Positions 24,801 to 39,800 of a DNA stretch of 64,000 nt are shown one piece after another. Every line of letters starts with the position of its first letter. Position 1 is the stretch's first letter. The position numbers and the translations under genes were made by a program. The notes under the pieces were generated by a model that saw only the letters and a program-made list of their open reading frames with translations, was not told the DNA's origin and ran no database searches. This stretch comes from Mobula hypostoma (taxonomy: Eukaryota). Location: the NCBI RefSeq assembly GCF_963921235.1, contig NC_086107.1, forward strand, positions 46,252,001-46,316,000, in the 5' to 3' direction.

Positions 24801-27800
24801 ACATCTTCACTGAGCTTCCAGGTGGGCCCATCCTGGCAGCAAGTGCTTCTAGAGGTCATACAAAGATAGGATGCACTAACAGAATTTGTGCAGGTATTGT
24901 TTTGAAACTGTAAATATGCTTTGAATTGACAATCTTGCAATGTTGCAGCGGCGTTACATCTAAATGGGATTTTATAACTTTTATGTTATCTTATAACTTC
25001 ACAATATTTATGCTTCTTTTATAGGTGCTTTTAATCTGGAGATATTTCCAAGCCCACTGACAGTATTTGTAAATGAAGATGTTAGTCTGAAATGCAAAGT
25101 TACTGACTTTGCAGGTGCAGAGATTGACTTAGACAAGCTAGGAGTCAAATGGACTCGTAACAAAGAAACAGCTGTATTTTCTTACGAGACAGGAAATCAA
25201 GTTCAAAATCGACCTGGTGCGTACATTTCTGAGCCCGATTTAAAGAGGGGAAATGCTTCTCTTCGTCTTCCAAAAGTACAGATTGCTGATGAAGGAAGGT
25301 ACACTTGCACTGTGTTCATCGTTCCTGAAAGTGCAGAACAGACTTCAATCATGAAAGTGTTGGGTAAGAGTAAAACAAAATATTATCTTGAAAATATTTT
25401 GAAAGTTTGAAGCAAAAATGAATATTCTGTGTCTGAAAACCAACAGCATCAGAAAATTTGAAATACTGTAGAGAGAAAAAAAGACAAAGTGAAACAAAAA
25501 AAATACAGAGCATCTGTAGAGTGAAGAAAATTTGCCAGTAATCTATTATTAAAGTTCCATGTTGAGTCCCAGGGGCAGCAAAGTGTAGGATGGAAAGTAA
25601 GGTGCTATTCTTCATTCGTACACGAATTATTGGAGTAATTGATGAAGCTGGGAACAAAGGAGTCACACTGAATATGCGAAGGAGAATTTCAAAGGCAGAT
25701 AATTGGATGCTGAGGCTCTTTCTTGTTGACTGAATTGAGGTGCTTTGCAAAACAATCACCTAATCTGTATTTTATTTTATTTCAATTTAAATGAGACCAC
25801 ACTGTGAGCACTGAATGCTGTGTGTAAAATTGGAAGAACTTCAAGTGAATCATTGCTTTATTTGGAAGAACAGCTTGGGTTGTTGGACAATGGAACGGGC
25901 AAAGGAAAAAGACATTGGAATTGGAATTGGTTTATTATTGTCACATGCACTGAGATGCAGTGAAAAGATTGTCATTGATACAGATCAGATCATTACATTG
26001 TACATTGAGGTACAGCAATGTAGAATCATCATAATTGAACATAGAACATAGAATAGTACAGCACAGTACAGGCCCTTCGGCCCACAATGTTGTGCCGACC
26101 CTCAAGCCCTGCCTTCCATATAAGCCCCCACCTTAAATTCCTCCATATACCTGTCTAGTAGTCTCTTAAACTTCACTAGTGTATCTACCTCCACCACTGA
26201 CTCAGGCAGTGCATTCCACACACCAACCACTCTCTGAGTAAAAAACCCTTCCTCTAATATCCCCCTTGAACTTCCCACCCCTTACTTTAAAGCCATGTCC
26301 TCTTGTATTGAACAGTGGTGTCCTGGGGAAGAGGTGCTGGCTATCCACTCTATCTATTCCTCTTATTATCTTGTACACCTCTATCATGTCTCCTCTCATC
26401 CTCCTCCTCTCCAAAGAGTAAAGCCCTAGCTCCCTTAATATCTGATCATAATGCATACTCTCTCAACCAGGCAGCATCCTGGTAAATCTCCTCTGCACCC
26501 TTTCCAATGCTTCCACATCCTTCCTATAGTGAGGCGACCAGAAATGGACACAGTATTCCAAGTGTGGCCTAACCAGAGTTTTATAGAGCTGCATCATTAC
26601 ATCGCGACTCTTAAACTCTATCCCTTGACTTATGAAAGCTAACACCCCATAAGCTTTCTTAACTACCCTATCTACCTGTGAGGCAAATTTCAGGGATCTG
26701 TGGACACGTACCCCCAGATCCCTCTGCTCCTCCACACTACCAAGTATCCTGCCGTTTACTTTGTACTCTGCCTTGGAGTGTGTCCTTCCAAAGTGTACCA
26801 CCTCACACTTCTCCGGGTTGAACTCCATCTGCCACTTCTCAGCCCACTTCTGCAACCTATCAATGTCTCTCTGCAATCTTTGACAATCCTCTACACTCTC
26901 TACAACACCACCAACCTTTGTGTCGTCTGCAAACTTGCCAACCCACCCTTCTACCCCCACATCCAGGTCGTTAATAAAAATCACAAGAAGTAGAGGTCCC
27001 AGAACAGATCCTTGTGGGACACCACTAGTCACAATCCTCCAATCTGAATGTACTCCCTCCACCGCCACCCTCTGCCTTCTGCAGGCAAGCCAATTCTGAA
27101 CCCACCTGGCTAAACTTCCCTGGATCCCATGCCTTCTGACTTTCTGAACAAGCCTACCATGTGGAACCTTGTCAAATGCCTCACTAAAATCCATGTAGAT
27201 CACATCCACTGCACTACCCTCATCTATATGCCTGGTCACCTCCTCAAAGAACTCTATCAGGCTTGTTAGACACGATCTGCCCTTCACAAAGCCATGCTGA
27301 CTGTCCCTGATCAGACCATGATTCTCTAAATGCCCAGAGATCCTATCTCTAAGAATCTTTTCCAACAGCTTTCCTGCCAGAGACGTAAGGCTCACTGGTC
27401 TATAATTACCCGGACTATTCCCACTACCTTTTTTGAACAAGGGTACAACATTCGCCTCCCTCCAATCCTCCGGTACCATTCCCGTGGACAACGAGGACAG
27501 AAAGATCCTAGCCAGAGGCTCAGCAATCTCTTCCCTCGCCTCGTGGAGCAGCCTGGGGAATATTCCGTCAGGCCCCGGGGACTTATCCGTCCTAATGTAT
27601 TTTAACAACTCCAACGCCTCCTCTCCCTTAATATCAACATGCTCCAGAACATCAACCTCACTCATATTGTCCTCACCATCAGCAAGTTCCCTGTCATTGG
27701 TAAATACCAAAGAGAAGTATTCATTGAGGACCTTGCTCACTTCCACAGCCTCCAGGCACGTCTTCCCACCTTTATCTCTAATCGGTCCTAACTTCACTCC

Positions 27801-30800
27801 TGTCATCTTTTTTTTCTTCACATAATTGAAGAATGCCTTGGGGTTTTCCTTTACCCTACTCGCCAAGGCCTTCTCATGCCCCCTTCTTGCTCTTCTCAGC
27901 CCCTTCTTAAGCTCCTTTCTTGCTTCTCTATATTCCTCAATAGACCCATCTGATCCTTGCTTCCTAAACCTCATGTCTGCTGCCTTCTTCCACCTGACTA
28001 GATTCTCCACCTCACTTGTCACCCATGGTTCCTTCGCCCTACCATTCTTTATCTTCCTCACCGGGACAAATTTATCCCTAACATCCTGCAAGAGATCTCT
28101 AAACATCGACCACATGTCCATAGTACATTTCCCTGCAAAAACATCATCCCAATTCACACCCGCAAGTTCTAGCCTTACAGCCTCATAATTTGCACTTCCC
28201 CAATTAAAGATTTTCCTGTCCTTTCTGATTCTATCCTTTTCCGTGATAATGCTAAAGGCCAGGGAGCGGTGGTCACTGTCCCCCAGATGTTCACCCACTG
28301 AGAGATCTGTGACCTGACCCGGTTCATTACCTTGTACTAGATCTAGTATGGCATTCCCTCTAGTCGGCCTGTGCACGTACTGTGACAGGAATCCGTCCTG
28401 GACACACTTAACAAACTCCGCCCCATCTAAACCCTTGGAACTAATCAAGTGGAACTAATATTAGGGAAGTTAAAGTCACCCATGATAACAACCCTGTTAT
28501 TTTTGCACCTTTCCAAAATCTGCCTCCCAATCTGCTCCTCTGTATCCCTGCTGCTACCAGGGGGCCTATAGAATACCCCCAATAGAGTAACTGCTCCCTT
28601 CCTGTTCCTGACTTCCACCCATACTGACTCAAAAGAGGATCCTGCTACATGACCCACCCTTTCTGTAGCTGTAATAGTATCCCTGACCAGTAATGCCACC
28701 CCTCCTCCCCTTTTTCCGCCCTCTCTATCCCTTTTAAACACTGAAATCCAGGAATATTGAGAATCCATTCCTGTCCTGGTGCCAGCCAAGTCTCTGTAAT
28801 GGCCACTATATCATAATTCCACGTATGTATCCAAGCTCTCAGTTCATCACCTTTGTTCCTGATGCTTCTTGCATTGAAGTACACGCACTTTAGCTCTTCT
28901 ACCTTACTACCTTTACACCCTTTATTCTGTTTCGCTTTCCTCAAAGCCTCTTTATATGTTAGATCTGGCTTTACTCCGTGTACTATACTTGCAGTTCTCG
29001 CACAATCTTTATCCTCCTCCACCTCACTATCTGCTCTAACACTCTGGTTCCCCTCCCCCTGCAAATCTAGTTTAAATGGAATAGACAACAGGGAAGTACA
29101 TAGACTTTGCAATAAAGGTATAGCCAATTTTGAAAACTGGGAGCAAATTTAGAAATCAGAGGGGAAAGGGGACTTGGGAGACCTAGCACATGGTTCCCTA
29201 AAGGTTAACTTGCATGTTGAGTTGGTAGTAAGGAAAGCAAATGCAATGTTAGCATTCATTTCAAGAGGACCAGAATTTATAATGCATTGGTCAGATAACA
29301 TTTGGAGTATTGTGAGTAGTTTTAGGCCTCTTATTTAAGCAAAGATATGCTGACATTGGAGCGGGTTCACAGGAGATTTACGTGAATGATCTTGGGAATG
29401 AAAGGATTTTTGTATGAGGAGCGTATGATGGCTCTAGAACTGTACTCACTGGAGTTTAAAAGAACGAGAGAGGATCTATTGAAATCTACTGAATATTGAA
29501 AAACCTGGAGAGAGTGGATATGAAGGAGATGTTTTGAAAAGTGAGAGTCTTAGACCAGAGGGCACAGCCTCAGAATCAATGGATATCTGTTTAGAATAGA
29601 GATGGAGAGAATTTTCTTTAGCCAAAGGTTTGTGAATCTGTGGAATCCATTGCCACAGATGCCAATGGAGGCCAAAGCATGTTGATAGGTTTTTGATTAG
29701 TACGGTAAGTGTGTCAAAGGTTATGGGCAGAAGTCAGGAGAATGGGGTCGAGAGGGAAAACAAATCAAAAGAAATCAAAAAAAGAAATTAAATTAAACAG
29801 AAAAGACCAAAATAGACAAATTAAAAGCGAGAGAAATGAAAGGGTAATTATGTGAAATGGTTAAATTCAATACTGTCTGCTGAGAGCAGTCACATGCTCA
29901 GATGAAAAACACGCTGCTGTTCCTGACAGCAAGAAGGAAAGAGTTCCCATGGTGCCCTCCTTGCAACCCGCCAACATTCAAATTTACTGGGTAAAAATCC
30001 ATGAATTTTACCACCTTGAATTGATTTCATCACAAGGCAGACCTGTCAGCTTTCCTAAGGGATTGCTCCCTCTGTGATCCCTGGTGTCCTCCTTAATCAC
30101 CTCCAACCATTCCGCTTCTCTTGGCACTTTTCCTCATAGCTATAGGGAATGAAACAAGTGACACTGAAGTGTGGTAATTCATAGGTTTCTCTCTGCAGGT
30201 TCACTGAATACTTCAAGCTTTGAGGCTTTGACTTGAGAGATTCTGGCAGTTTTGGCAGTTGGTCTGTGCAATCAAGTCAATCAAGATTTGAATAGATCAG
30301 CAGAAAGACGTTGATTAAACAATCAAGATTTGAGTAGCTCAGACTCAGCAGAAAGAAGCTGATTGGGCAGTCGAGGTCAGGTGACCAAACATTTTGAAAA
30401 GCTCAAACAGATAAATAGAGGGATAGCTCAAGCGAAGCAGCCTGTGGAAAGCGGCCAGTGAATGAGCGGGCCAGTGAAGGAGTGGAGCTTTGAGGCTTTG
30501 ACTTGAGAGGCTTCTACGAGAAGAGGCGGAGGACAAGCTTGCTCGCAGTTAGTTTTTACAATGTCTCCTGAGACGGTGACGTGCCTCTCATGTGAGATGC
30601 GGCAGTCTTGGGGGAACTCCCCTCTCCCGCAGAGTCACATCTGCCAGAAATGCATACGGCTGGGCGATCTGGAAGACGGTGCAAGGAATCTGGAGCAGGA
30701 GCTGCATGACCTTCGACTCATAAGGGAGAATGAGGCAGCCTTAGATGAGAGCTACAGGGAGGTAGTCACACCTAGACTGTTGGAAGCAGGTCGTTGGGTG

Positions 30801-33800
30801 ACAGTCAGAGGGGGGAAAGCGAAGGTGAGCAGACAGGTAGTGCAGAGCACCCCTGTAGACATTCCCCTGAATAATAAGTTTACCGTCCTGGATACTGTTG
30901 GCGGGGACAACTGACCAGGTGTGAGCCATGGTGGCAGGGCCTCCGGCACTGAGTCTGACCTGGTGGTGCAGAAGGGTGGGACAGAGAAGAGGAGAACAGT
31001 CGTCATTGGAGACTCTATAGTCAGGGGAGCAGACAGGAGATTTTGTGGACATGAGAAGGATACCCATATGGTTTGTTGCCTCCACTAGCTGCCAGCAGCA
31101 AACCAGACAATGCTCCCTTTTTTCCCATTCTTTGCCTCCTGCCAGTCAGCCAATCTACTGTTCATGCTAGTATGTTTCCTGTAACACCCTGGGCTCCCAA
31201 ATTGTTTGCAGCCTTTTGTGCGGTGCCTTGTCATAGGCCTTTTGAAAATCCAAATAAACAACATCCATCCATTCTCCTTAGTTTGTCGTGCCTGTAACTT
31301 TTTCAAGGTATTCCAACAGATTTGTCAGGCAAGAGTTTTCCTTGAGTAAACCATGCTGACTTTGGTCTTTTTTATCATTTGCTTCCAAGTACTCTAAAAC
31401 TTCACAATTATAAACTCTAACAACTTCCCATTCACTGAAGTCCGGCTAGTTGGCCTATAAATTCTTGTTTTTGCCTTTCCCTTGTTAAAGAATGGAGTAA
31501 CATTGCAATTCTCCAGTCATCCTGAACCATTTCAGAATCTAGCGATTCTTGAAAGATCACTACTGATGCATTTGCCTTCCTTGCCATAGATTTAACCTGC
31601 AAATTAACCTTTAGGGAACCCTGCACAAGGACTCTTAAGTACCTTTGCACCTCAGTTTTTTTTGTATTTTCTCTCCTTTGAGAGAATACTTAACCCTTTC
31701 ATTTCTTCTACCAAAGTGCATGTCCATGCACTTCTTGATGCTGTATTTCATCTGCCATTTATTGCCCATTCTCCAAATCTGTCTAAGTCCTTCTGTAGCC
31801 TCTCTACTTCCGCAAACTACCAGACCCTCCACCTATCTTCATATTGAGTGCGAACTTTGCAACAAAGCCATCAATTCCATCATCCAAATTATTGACATAT
31901 GATGTAAAAAGAATTGGTCCCAACACAGACCCCTGTGAAACACCACTAGTCACTGGCAGCCAGTCAGAAAAGGCTCCCTTTATTGACTCCTGCCAACCAA
32001 ACATTGCTTTATCCATACTAGAATCTTTCCTGTAATATCATGGACTCGTAGCTCGTAAAGCAGCTTCATGTGTGGTACCTTGTCAAAGACCTTCAGAAAA
32101 TCCAAGTACACTTTGTCTATCCTGCTTGTTATTTCTGCAAAGAATTCCAACAGATTTCTCTGGCAAGATTTTCCCTTGAGGAATCCATACTGACTATGAC
32201 ATATTTAATCATGTGCCTCCAAGTACCCTGAGATCTCATCCTTGATAATCGACTCCAATATCTTCCCAATCATTAAGGTCAGACTAAATGGCCTATAGAT
32301 TCCTTTCTTCTGCCTCCTTCCCTTCTTGAAGAGTAGAGTGACATTTGTAACTTTCCATTCTTCTGGAACCATTCCAGAATCTAGTGATTCTTGAAAGATC
32401 ATTATGAATGCCTCCACAATCTTTTCAGCCACTTCTTTCAGAACCTTGAGGTGTACACCATCTGCTCCAGTTGACTTCTCTGCCTTCAGACCTTTCAGCT
32501 TCCCAAGCAAATTCTTGTTAGTAATAGTAATTACAGTTACTTCTGCCCCCTGACACTCTTGAATTTGTGCCATATTGATGGTGTCTTCCACAGTGAAGAC
32601 TGATGTAAAATACTGATTAGGTTCACCACATTTTCAGTTTTTCCTCTTACTATCTCTTCAGCATCATATTCCCATGGTCCAATTTCCACTCTTGCCTTTC
32701 TTTTACTCTTTATATATCTGAAAAACTTTTGCTATCCTCTTTTATATTATTGGCAAGCTTACCTTCATATTTCATCTTTCCTTTTCTCCTTGCTTTTACT
32801 TTACTTTACTTTATTGTCGCCAAACAATTGATACTAGAGTGTACAATCATCGCAGCGATATTTGATTCTGTGCTTCGCGCTCCCTGGATTAGAAATCAAT
32901 AGTAAATATTAAAAATTTAAATTGTCAGTCATAAATAGAAAATAGAAAAGGGAAAGTAAGGTAGTGCAAAAAAAAACCGAGAGGCAGGTCCGGATATTTG
33001 GAGGGTTTGGCCCGGATCCGGGTCAGGGTCCGTTCAGCAGTCTTATCACAGTTGGAAAGAAGCTGTTCCCAAATCTGGCCATACGAGTCTTCAAGCTCCT
33101 GAGCCTTCTCCCCAAGGGAAGAGGGACAAAAAGTGTGTTGGCTGGGTGGGTTGTGTCCTTGATTATCCTGGCAGCATTGTTCCGACAGCGTGCGGTGTAA
33201 AGTGAGTCCGAGAACGGAAGATTAGTTTGTGTGATGTGCTGGACTGTGTTCACAATCTTCTGCAGCTTCTTCCGGTCTTGGACAGGACAACTTCCATAAC
33301 ACGTTGTGATGCACCCTAGAAGAATGGTTTTTACGGTGCATCTATAAAAATTAGTGAAGGTTTTAGGGGACAGGCCAAATTTCTTTAGCTTTCTCAGGAA
33401 GTAAAGGCGCTGGTGGGCCTTCTTGGCAGTGGACTCTGCTTGGTTGGACCAAGTCAGGTCATTTGTGATACTGATCCCAAGGAACTTAAAGCTTTTGACC
33501 TGTTCTACTTGTGCACCACCGATGTAAATTGGATCGTGCGGTCCGCTGCTCCTTCTGAAGTCAACAACCAATTTCTTCGTCTTCCTTTTTCAGTTACCTT
33601 CTGTTGTTTTTGAAAAGCTTCCATATGCTCGAGCTTCCCACTCATTTTCTGCTATATTATATGCCCTCTCTTCTGCTTCTGTGTGGTCCTTGACTTCCCT
33701 TGTTAGTCGTGGTTGCCTGATCTTCCCTTTGGGATGAACTGATCCTGCATCTTCTGAATTACTCTCAGAAACTCCTGCCATGGCTGCTCTATTAACATCC

Positions 33801-36800
33801 TGACTTAGTTTCCCCTTCCAATCAACTATGGCCAGCTTCTCTCTCATACCTCTGCAGTTACTTCTACTCAACTGTGATGTCGATGCATCTGATTTTATTG
33901 ACTCCCTCTCAAACTGCATGGTGAATTCTATCATACTATTATCACTGCCTCCTAAGTGTTCCTTTACTTTAAGCCTCCCTAATCAAATCTGGTTCATAAC
34001 ACAACACCAAATCCAGAACTACTTTTTCTCTGGCTGGGTTCGGCACAGGATGCTCTAAAAGGAACATATAGGCACTCTACAAAGTCCTTCTCCTGGGATC
34101 CAACACCAACCAAATGTTTCCAATCTACTTGCATACTGAAATCTCCCATAACTATTGTAACACCCTGTTGCTGATTTTCCCTCTGTTGAATTCCTTTCTC
34201 CTCTTTCTAGAACTTGAGACACATGTGATTCTAACTTTTCCAGTTCTGATGGAGAGTTCTTCACCTGAAAAAATGACCCTGCGGATGCTTTTTGATTTCC
34301 TTAGTGTTTCTGCTATAGTCTATCTCTGTTTTCCACTTCCAACACCTGCAGTTATTTAACTGTACTTTTGGTTTTTTTTACACAGCTCGACCAAACATTA
34401 GCATATCTTCACACTCAATAACAATTCTGAATGGTTCGGAAGGCTCTCTGACATGTAACGTTAATGGATTTTACCCTCAGCAGCTGGAAATCAGCTGGGT
34501 GAAAATGACAAAACTGGGAAGTGAAGTTGTTTCATCAGACTGTTATACAAATCAGGTTGTCGCTAATAGTGATAACACTTTTAGTGTTCACAGTCAACTG
34601 AAGATTCAACCAACATTCAACAATAATGGTGACAAGTACAGATGTGTAGTGAGACATCTAACATTTCCGGATTATTTTACAATAGAATCAACTCTTACTG
34701 TGCCAGGTGAGTTCGATCGATAGAAGAACGTAAATGAGAAAAGGAGTTAGAAGGGAGCAGAGAAGTAAGGGCATCTGAAAAGTGAAATATGGGGGTGAGT
34801 TGGCAGGACAAGTTTATAGATATATGATATATCCATTTACTTTGTTCTTTTAAAAGTTGCTTGGAAAAGCTAGACACTGATCCAGTCCAACAGCCACGCT
34901 AAGCCCCTCTTTCTGTTCCTTTCAGCAGAGTCGCAGTTCCCTTCTGCAGCCCTGCCATTGGCTGCAAGCCATCAGGAAGTCAATCAGAGTGTCCTGAATT
35001 GTCCTAAGAGCCTTTTAACCTTTAGTAAACTTAGATATAGAATACTGAACAGAGACAGTACAACACAGGAACAGGCCCTGTGCCCCGAGATGTCAATTTA
35101 AATTGATCCCATCTGCTCGCACACAGTCTACATTGCTTCATTCCCTAGCTGTGAAGTGCTCCTCTAAACTGGGGCTAAATAATTGCTTCATTTATTTATT
35201 GCATCAAAATAAAAACTAACAAAATAAAGAATATCATTAAACAGAGTTAAATATTAAACATGTAAAAAGTAACCAAAACTGTCAGCTCTTTCAAATGCGT
35301 GCAACCAGCAGACATGAAGAAAGCTGAGGGGTTAGATCTGATGTGCAATAGAACCCTCAGCTTAGGAAATATGTGTTCCACTGATGGACTCAATGCTCAG
35401 TCCAATGCGAGAATTCCAAGTTTGATTAAGGACTTTTGTCCCTCTGTAAATTATGTGGTAAGCTATGTCAATTTTCTCCTGTGTTTAACCTAGGCTGTTT
35501 ATGAATCTTACAGACAACCAAACTTACAATCATATCTTCTCTTTTCTTGTTACTGTTATCTCAGTAGCTTTTGTTTCATGCATTTTTGCTGAGATTGTGA
35601 GCAAGGATAAAAATCAGATGATCCTTTAACACAGGAGTTTCCAACCTGGGGTCCACAGACCCCTTGGTTAATGGTAGGGATCCATGGCATAAAAAAGGCT
35701 TGGAACTCCAGCTTTACCACAATCAACAAACCACATTTGACTTCTTTTTTTGTGGACCAGATTTACTATATTCCATTCTACTCCATTAAAAAAAAATACC
35801 ATCTGCAGGTTGTTACGTACCCCGTAACTGGGTTGCCAAACCAGCAGAAATGGATCACTCAGTTGGAGTCTGGAGTACTAGAACTAAGAAAGTTTTATTA
35901 AAGAAACAAGCAACACAGTAATCGAAAGGATAATAAATGCAACAGTTCAGCGATGATAAACACACATGTGCACAGAATTAAGATAACAGCATCAATCAAG
36001 CTCTATTGTTGTCTAGGGGTAAATGACCAAATTTCAAAATGACTCAAAGTTCAGTCCAGTTCAGTTTGCAGTAATCGTTGCCATGGCGATGGACAACGTG
36101 GGGGAAGAGAGAGATAGAACAGGAACAACTGATCATTCAGAACACTGCTTCACTCACAGACCAGCGAGATTGCTCACAAGCAACTTTTGGGCGGGTCCTT
36201 GGTGATGTCACCTGAGGTCACCGACTGTGACCCCTCCTCCAGATGCGGTCGATCCTCTGCAGTGAACCCGGCACCCAGGCAAGGGCGGACACACACCGGG
36301 TTCCCGCTGATCGTACCTTTCCACCCTGGTCGTTGTCTGGTACTTCTCACCCACTCGTGAGAGGCGCACCGCTTCCAGGGTCTCGTTACCTCGGGTGGCG
36401 TGTGTGTCGCCTTAGCGAACCTGTCCCTTTTTATCCCCCTGCTGGGGTATCGCCTGTCCATCACTTCAAACAGTTCAGGGTTCAAAGGGGGGAGCCGCTC
36501 CAGACAGCTCTCTCTCTCCCCCGTTCCTTCATTACACATCTCCAGACGCTGCGCCATTGTTCCTTATCTCTCCTTCCCCTGAGGGCAGGTGGCAGACCAA
36601 TTTGCTGATGTCACTGATGCTAACCCAGGCCAGCAAACATCTTAATTTTATGTGTATTCTTGTAACACTTCCCCCCTTTTAAGGATTTTTACCGGGAGGT
36701 AAAAATTACAAACATGACTACATTATTGGATACACACACAAATATGCATCTTTATCAGTTATTTGGCTAATACAGAGAATTTGAAGCTGTCAACACCTTG

Positions 36801-39800
36801 ACAGACAGTCATCACATTTTCTGTTCCTTTTACACGTGTTATTAATAATCCCTTAGACCAGGCTCCAACTCAGCAAACTTCATAATGGCCAAAAACACTG
36901 ATGAATTGCGACCAATGTAACCTCTCATTTGGTTTTGTCCCGGACCACAATAACAAGGGTCGTCCCATTCCGACTCAGTTTTCTCTCGCAAGGGCTTAGT
37001 AGGAGGGGGACGGGTATTGACCGCAGAGTTATTGCAAAACTTCCTGCAGTACCCCACCATCTCCAAAAGCCTTCTGAGGGCCCTCTTGTCTGTCGGGGTT
37101 GGGAGGTCAGCGATAGTCTGCACTGTAGCTCGCATCGCTGCCAGCTGCCCCTGTGTCACCACAATTCCCAGGTAAGTGACCCTCGTGTGGCCGAATTCAT
37201 TTTTTTCAAGGTTCACTATCAAACTGGCTTCAGACAGCCGTATTAAATTGCCAATACACACCTCTGTGTTCATCAGCCCTTTAGTCACTGAATTACTCAA
37301 AAAATATGGGTGTTGTTTACTTGGCTGCCCTATTGTAACCACAATCACCCAACGTCCCAGTTCTTTGCATTTCCTCGGGACAATCAAACACATGGGTGCG
37401 AGTCGTTTAATTACTCCTTCTAAAGATTCGCTTTGTTCGGGGATTAAGGGAGAGACCTTATCAGTAGACCTGGCCAAAACAATAGCCTTCTCCCATCTGA
37501 CCGATCCCATCCTAATCTTTTCAAAATGGTTTTTTCCTCTTATCAGGGGGCCCCTAGCTTCATTGATTTCCACGCTAACACCGACTAGGTTTGTTAGCAT
37601 ATCAAAAGCCGGTGACCGTCTCAGTTCGCGTCGGTCATGATCAATAACATTTTTCCCCCTGGGCAGTCGGTAAATCTCTTTCATGATTCCACCAACTGTT
37701 TCCTCCAGCACCGCAAAATGTCCACCGGGGGGTACCTCGTGGGCCATGTTAAAAACCTCCTCCCCATAACTCTTTTGCACCACCCCCCACTCCTCATCTG
37801 CGGATACTGTACTTGATTTCCCTTTCTTCCTTAGCACTTCCTCATCCGCACAATAGCCTACTAGTTCCCTTGTTAAAGCTGTGTCAGAGAGAGCTGTCTC
37901 TGCAAAAACCATCAGCCCCTCGTCTCGCTCCTGCGTCTGCACAAATTCTTTCCTGGCTACTGCTACGTCCGTCCCAGCTCCCTCACTACCTCTTATCTCA
38001 CTACACCCTGTCTCATACAAGGTTGGTAGAAATATTTCAGCTAAATTTACCACCACAGCTAAATCCACCACTGCAGCCCCATGATGAACCTGTGAGTCCA
38101 TGGGCGGGGCCTCAATGCTGGCAGGCTGACCTGTCAATCTCACGACTGGGAACACGATTCCTCCGGCGATGTCATTACCGAGCAAGAATTCCACGTCTTT
38201 CATCGGTAATTCGGACCTCACCCCGACCGTGACTAGTCCAGAGACCAGGTTGCTCTGTAAGTGTATCTGGTGCAAAGGGACTGACTCTGTCCCTTCCCCA
38301 ACACCTTTGACCTCTACCTCCCCAGTCTGGGTCTCTGAGCTAAACTCTAATACACTCTTCAGTATTAGTGACTGACACGCTCCCGTGTCTCTCCAGATCC
38401 GCACTGGAACTGGTTTTAACCTCTCCTTCACTGACACCAGTCCGGCCGAGATAAACCTCTCGCGCCCTTCCTGGACTTTTTCAGACCTGTCCTTCCCTAG
38501 CGGTTCGCTTAACAGCTCGATACAGCCATTCAAAATTTCCGCTTTTCCTTTCCCCGTCTCCTTCCTTGGGGCAAAGCACCTGGACGCAAAGTGTCCGACT
38601 TTCCCACAATTATAACAGACGACCCCAGGAGACTTCCTACCAGACTGCTCCCGGTCTACCTTATCCTTTTCACTAGTCCCCGACTTACTTTCTGACTTTT
38701 CCGGCGGACTCTCCCCGCTGTCCTGACTACCCTTCTGGTAGCCTTTACTCGGGGCAAACTTCATTTTATGCGTCAACGCATACTCATCCGCTAACTTAGC
38801 AGTTGCGGCTAACGTGGCTGCCTCTTTCTCATCGAGGTAGGGTCTCATACCCTCAGGGACACAACCTTTAAACTGCTCAATCAGGATCAGTTGTAGCAGT
38901 CTGTCATAATCCCACTCTACCCCCTTCGAGGCGCACCAACGCTCACAATATGTTTGCATCTCACGAGCAAACTCCAAATACGTGCGGTCCCACTGCTTCC
39001 TCGCATTCCGGAACCTCTGCCGGTATGCCTCCGGGACCAACTCATAAATCCTGAGGATGGCCTCTTTCACCACCTCATACCTCTGGGCATCTTCCGCGGA
39101 CAAAGCTGAGTAAGCTTCTTGGGCCTTCCCTTTCAGTACACTCTGAAGTAAAACAACCCACTTATCCCTCGGCCAGTCCTGATTTATAGCCACTTTTTCG
39201 AAGTGGAGAAAGTACCGATCCACGTCGGTATCGTCAAATGGGGGAACCAGCCTAACCTCCTGGGTCGCCCGGAACCCTCCACCTTGGTTCGGCACGAGCC
39301 CCTGCTCGGCCCTTATCCTTAACTTTTCCAGCTCAAATTCCCTTTCCCTCTGTTTCTCTCTCTCTTCTCGCTCCCATTGCCTCTCTTTCTCCTCTCTCTC
39401 TAACTGTCTCTCTCTCTCTTTCTCTTCTCTCTCCAACTGTCTCTCTCTCTCTTGCCTTTCCACCTCTTTCTCTCTCTCCTGCCTTTCTAACTGCTTCTCT
39501 TCGTGTTCTAACTGCCGTACCCGGAACTCGTGCTCGAGTCTCAGTTTTTCAAGCTGTACCTGTACCGCGTCTCCAGCAGGTTTTTCAATAGACACCACCC
39601 CCAGCTCACTTTGGGGAAACACACCTTTAGATACATAGTGCTCTACAATAGCTCTGTGTATCTCCTCTCTCCTCATTGTCGACTTCACCTTAGCAAGATT
39701 CAACCGTTTGGCCACAGCTAACAATTCCGATTTCCTGGCATCCTCTAATGCCTCCAAGGTCGGCGCCTTTATAAATTCCTCAGCCTCCATTTCTGCTGTT

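Noticed and set aside
26463-28448. 661-aa ORF as a host or domesticated gene
   Set aside because: Standard CR1 RT with frameshifted endonuclease, 5' truncation and a microsatellite tail.
36842-39790. Intronic Gag as the source of a human-like Gag-derived B7-H6 tail
   Set aside because: It is antisense, lies upstream of the TM exon, is a recent insertion, and is Gypsy-type rather than retroviral.
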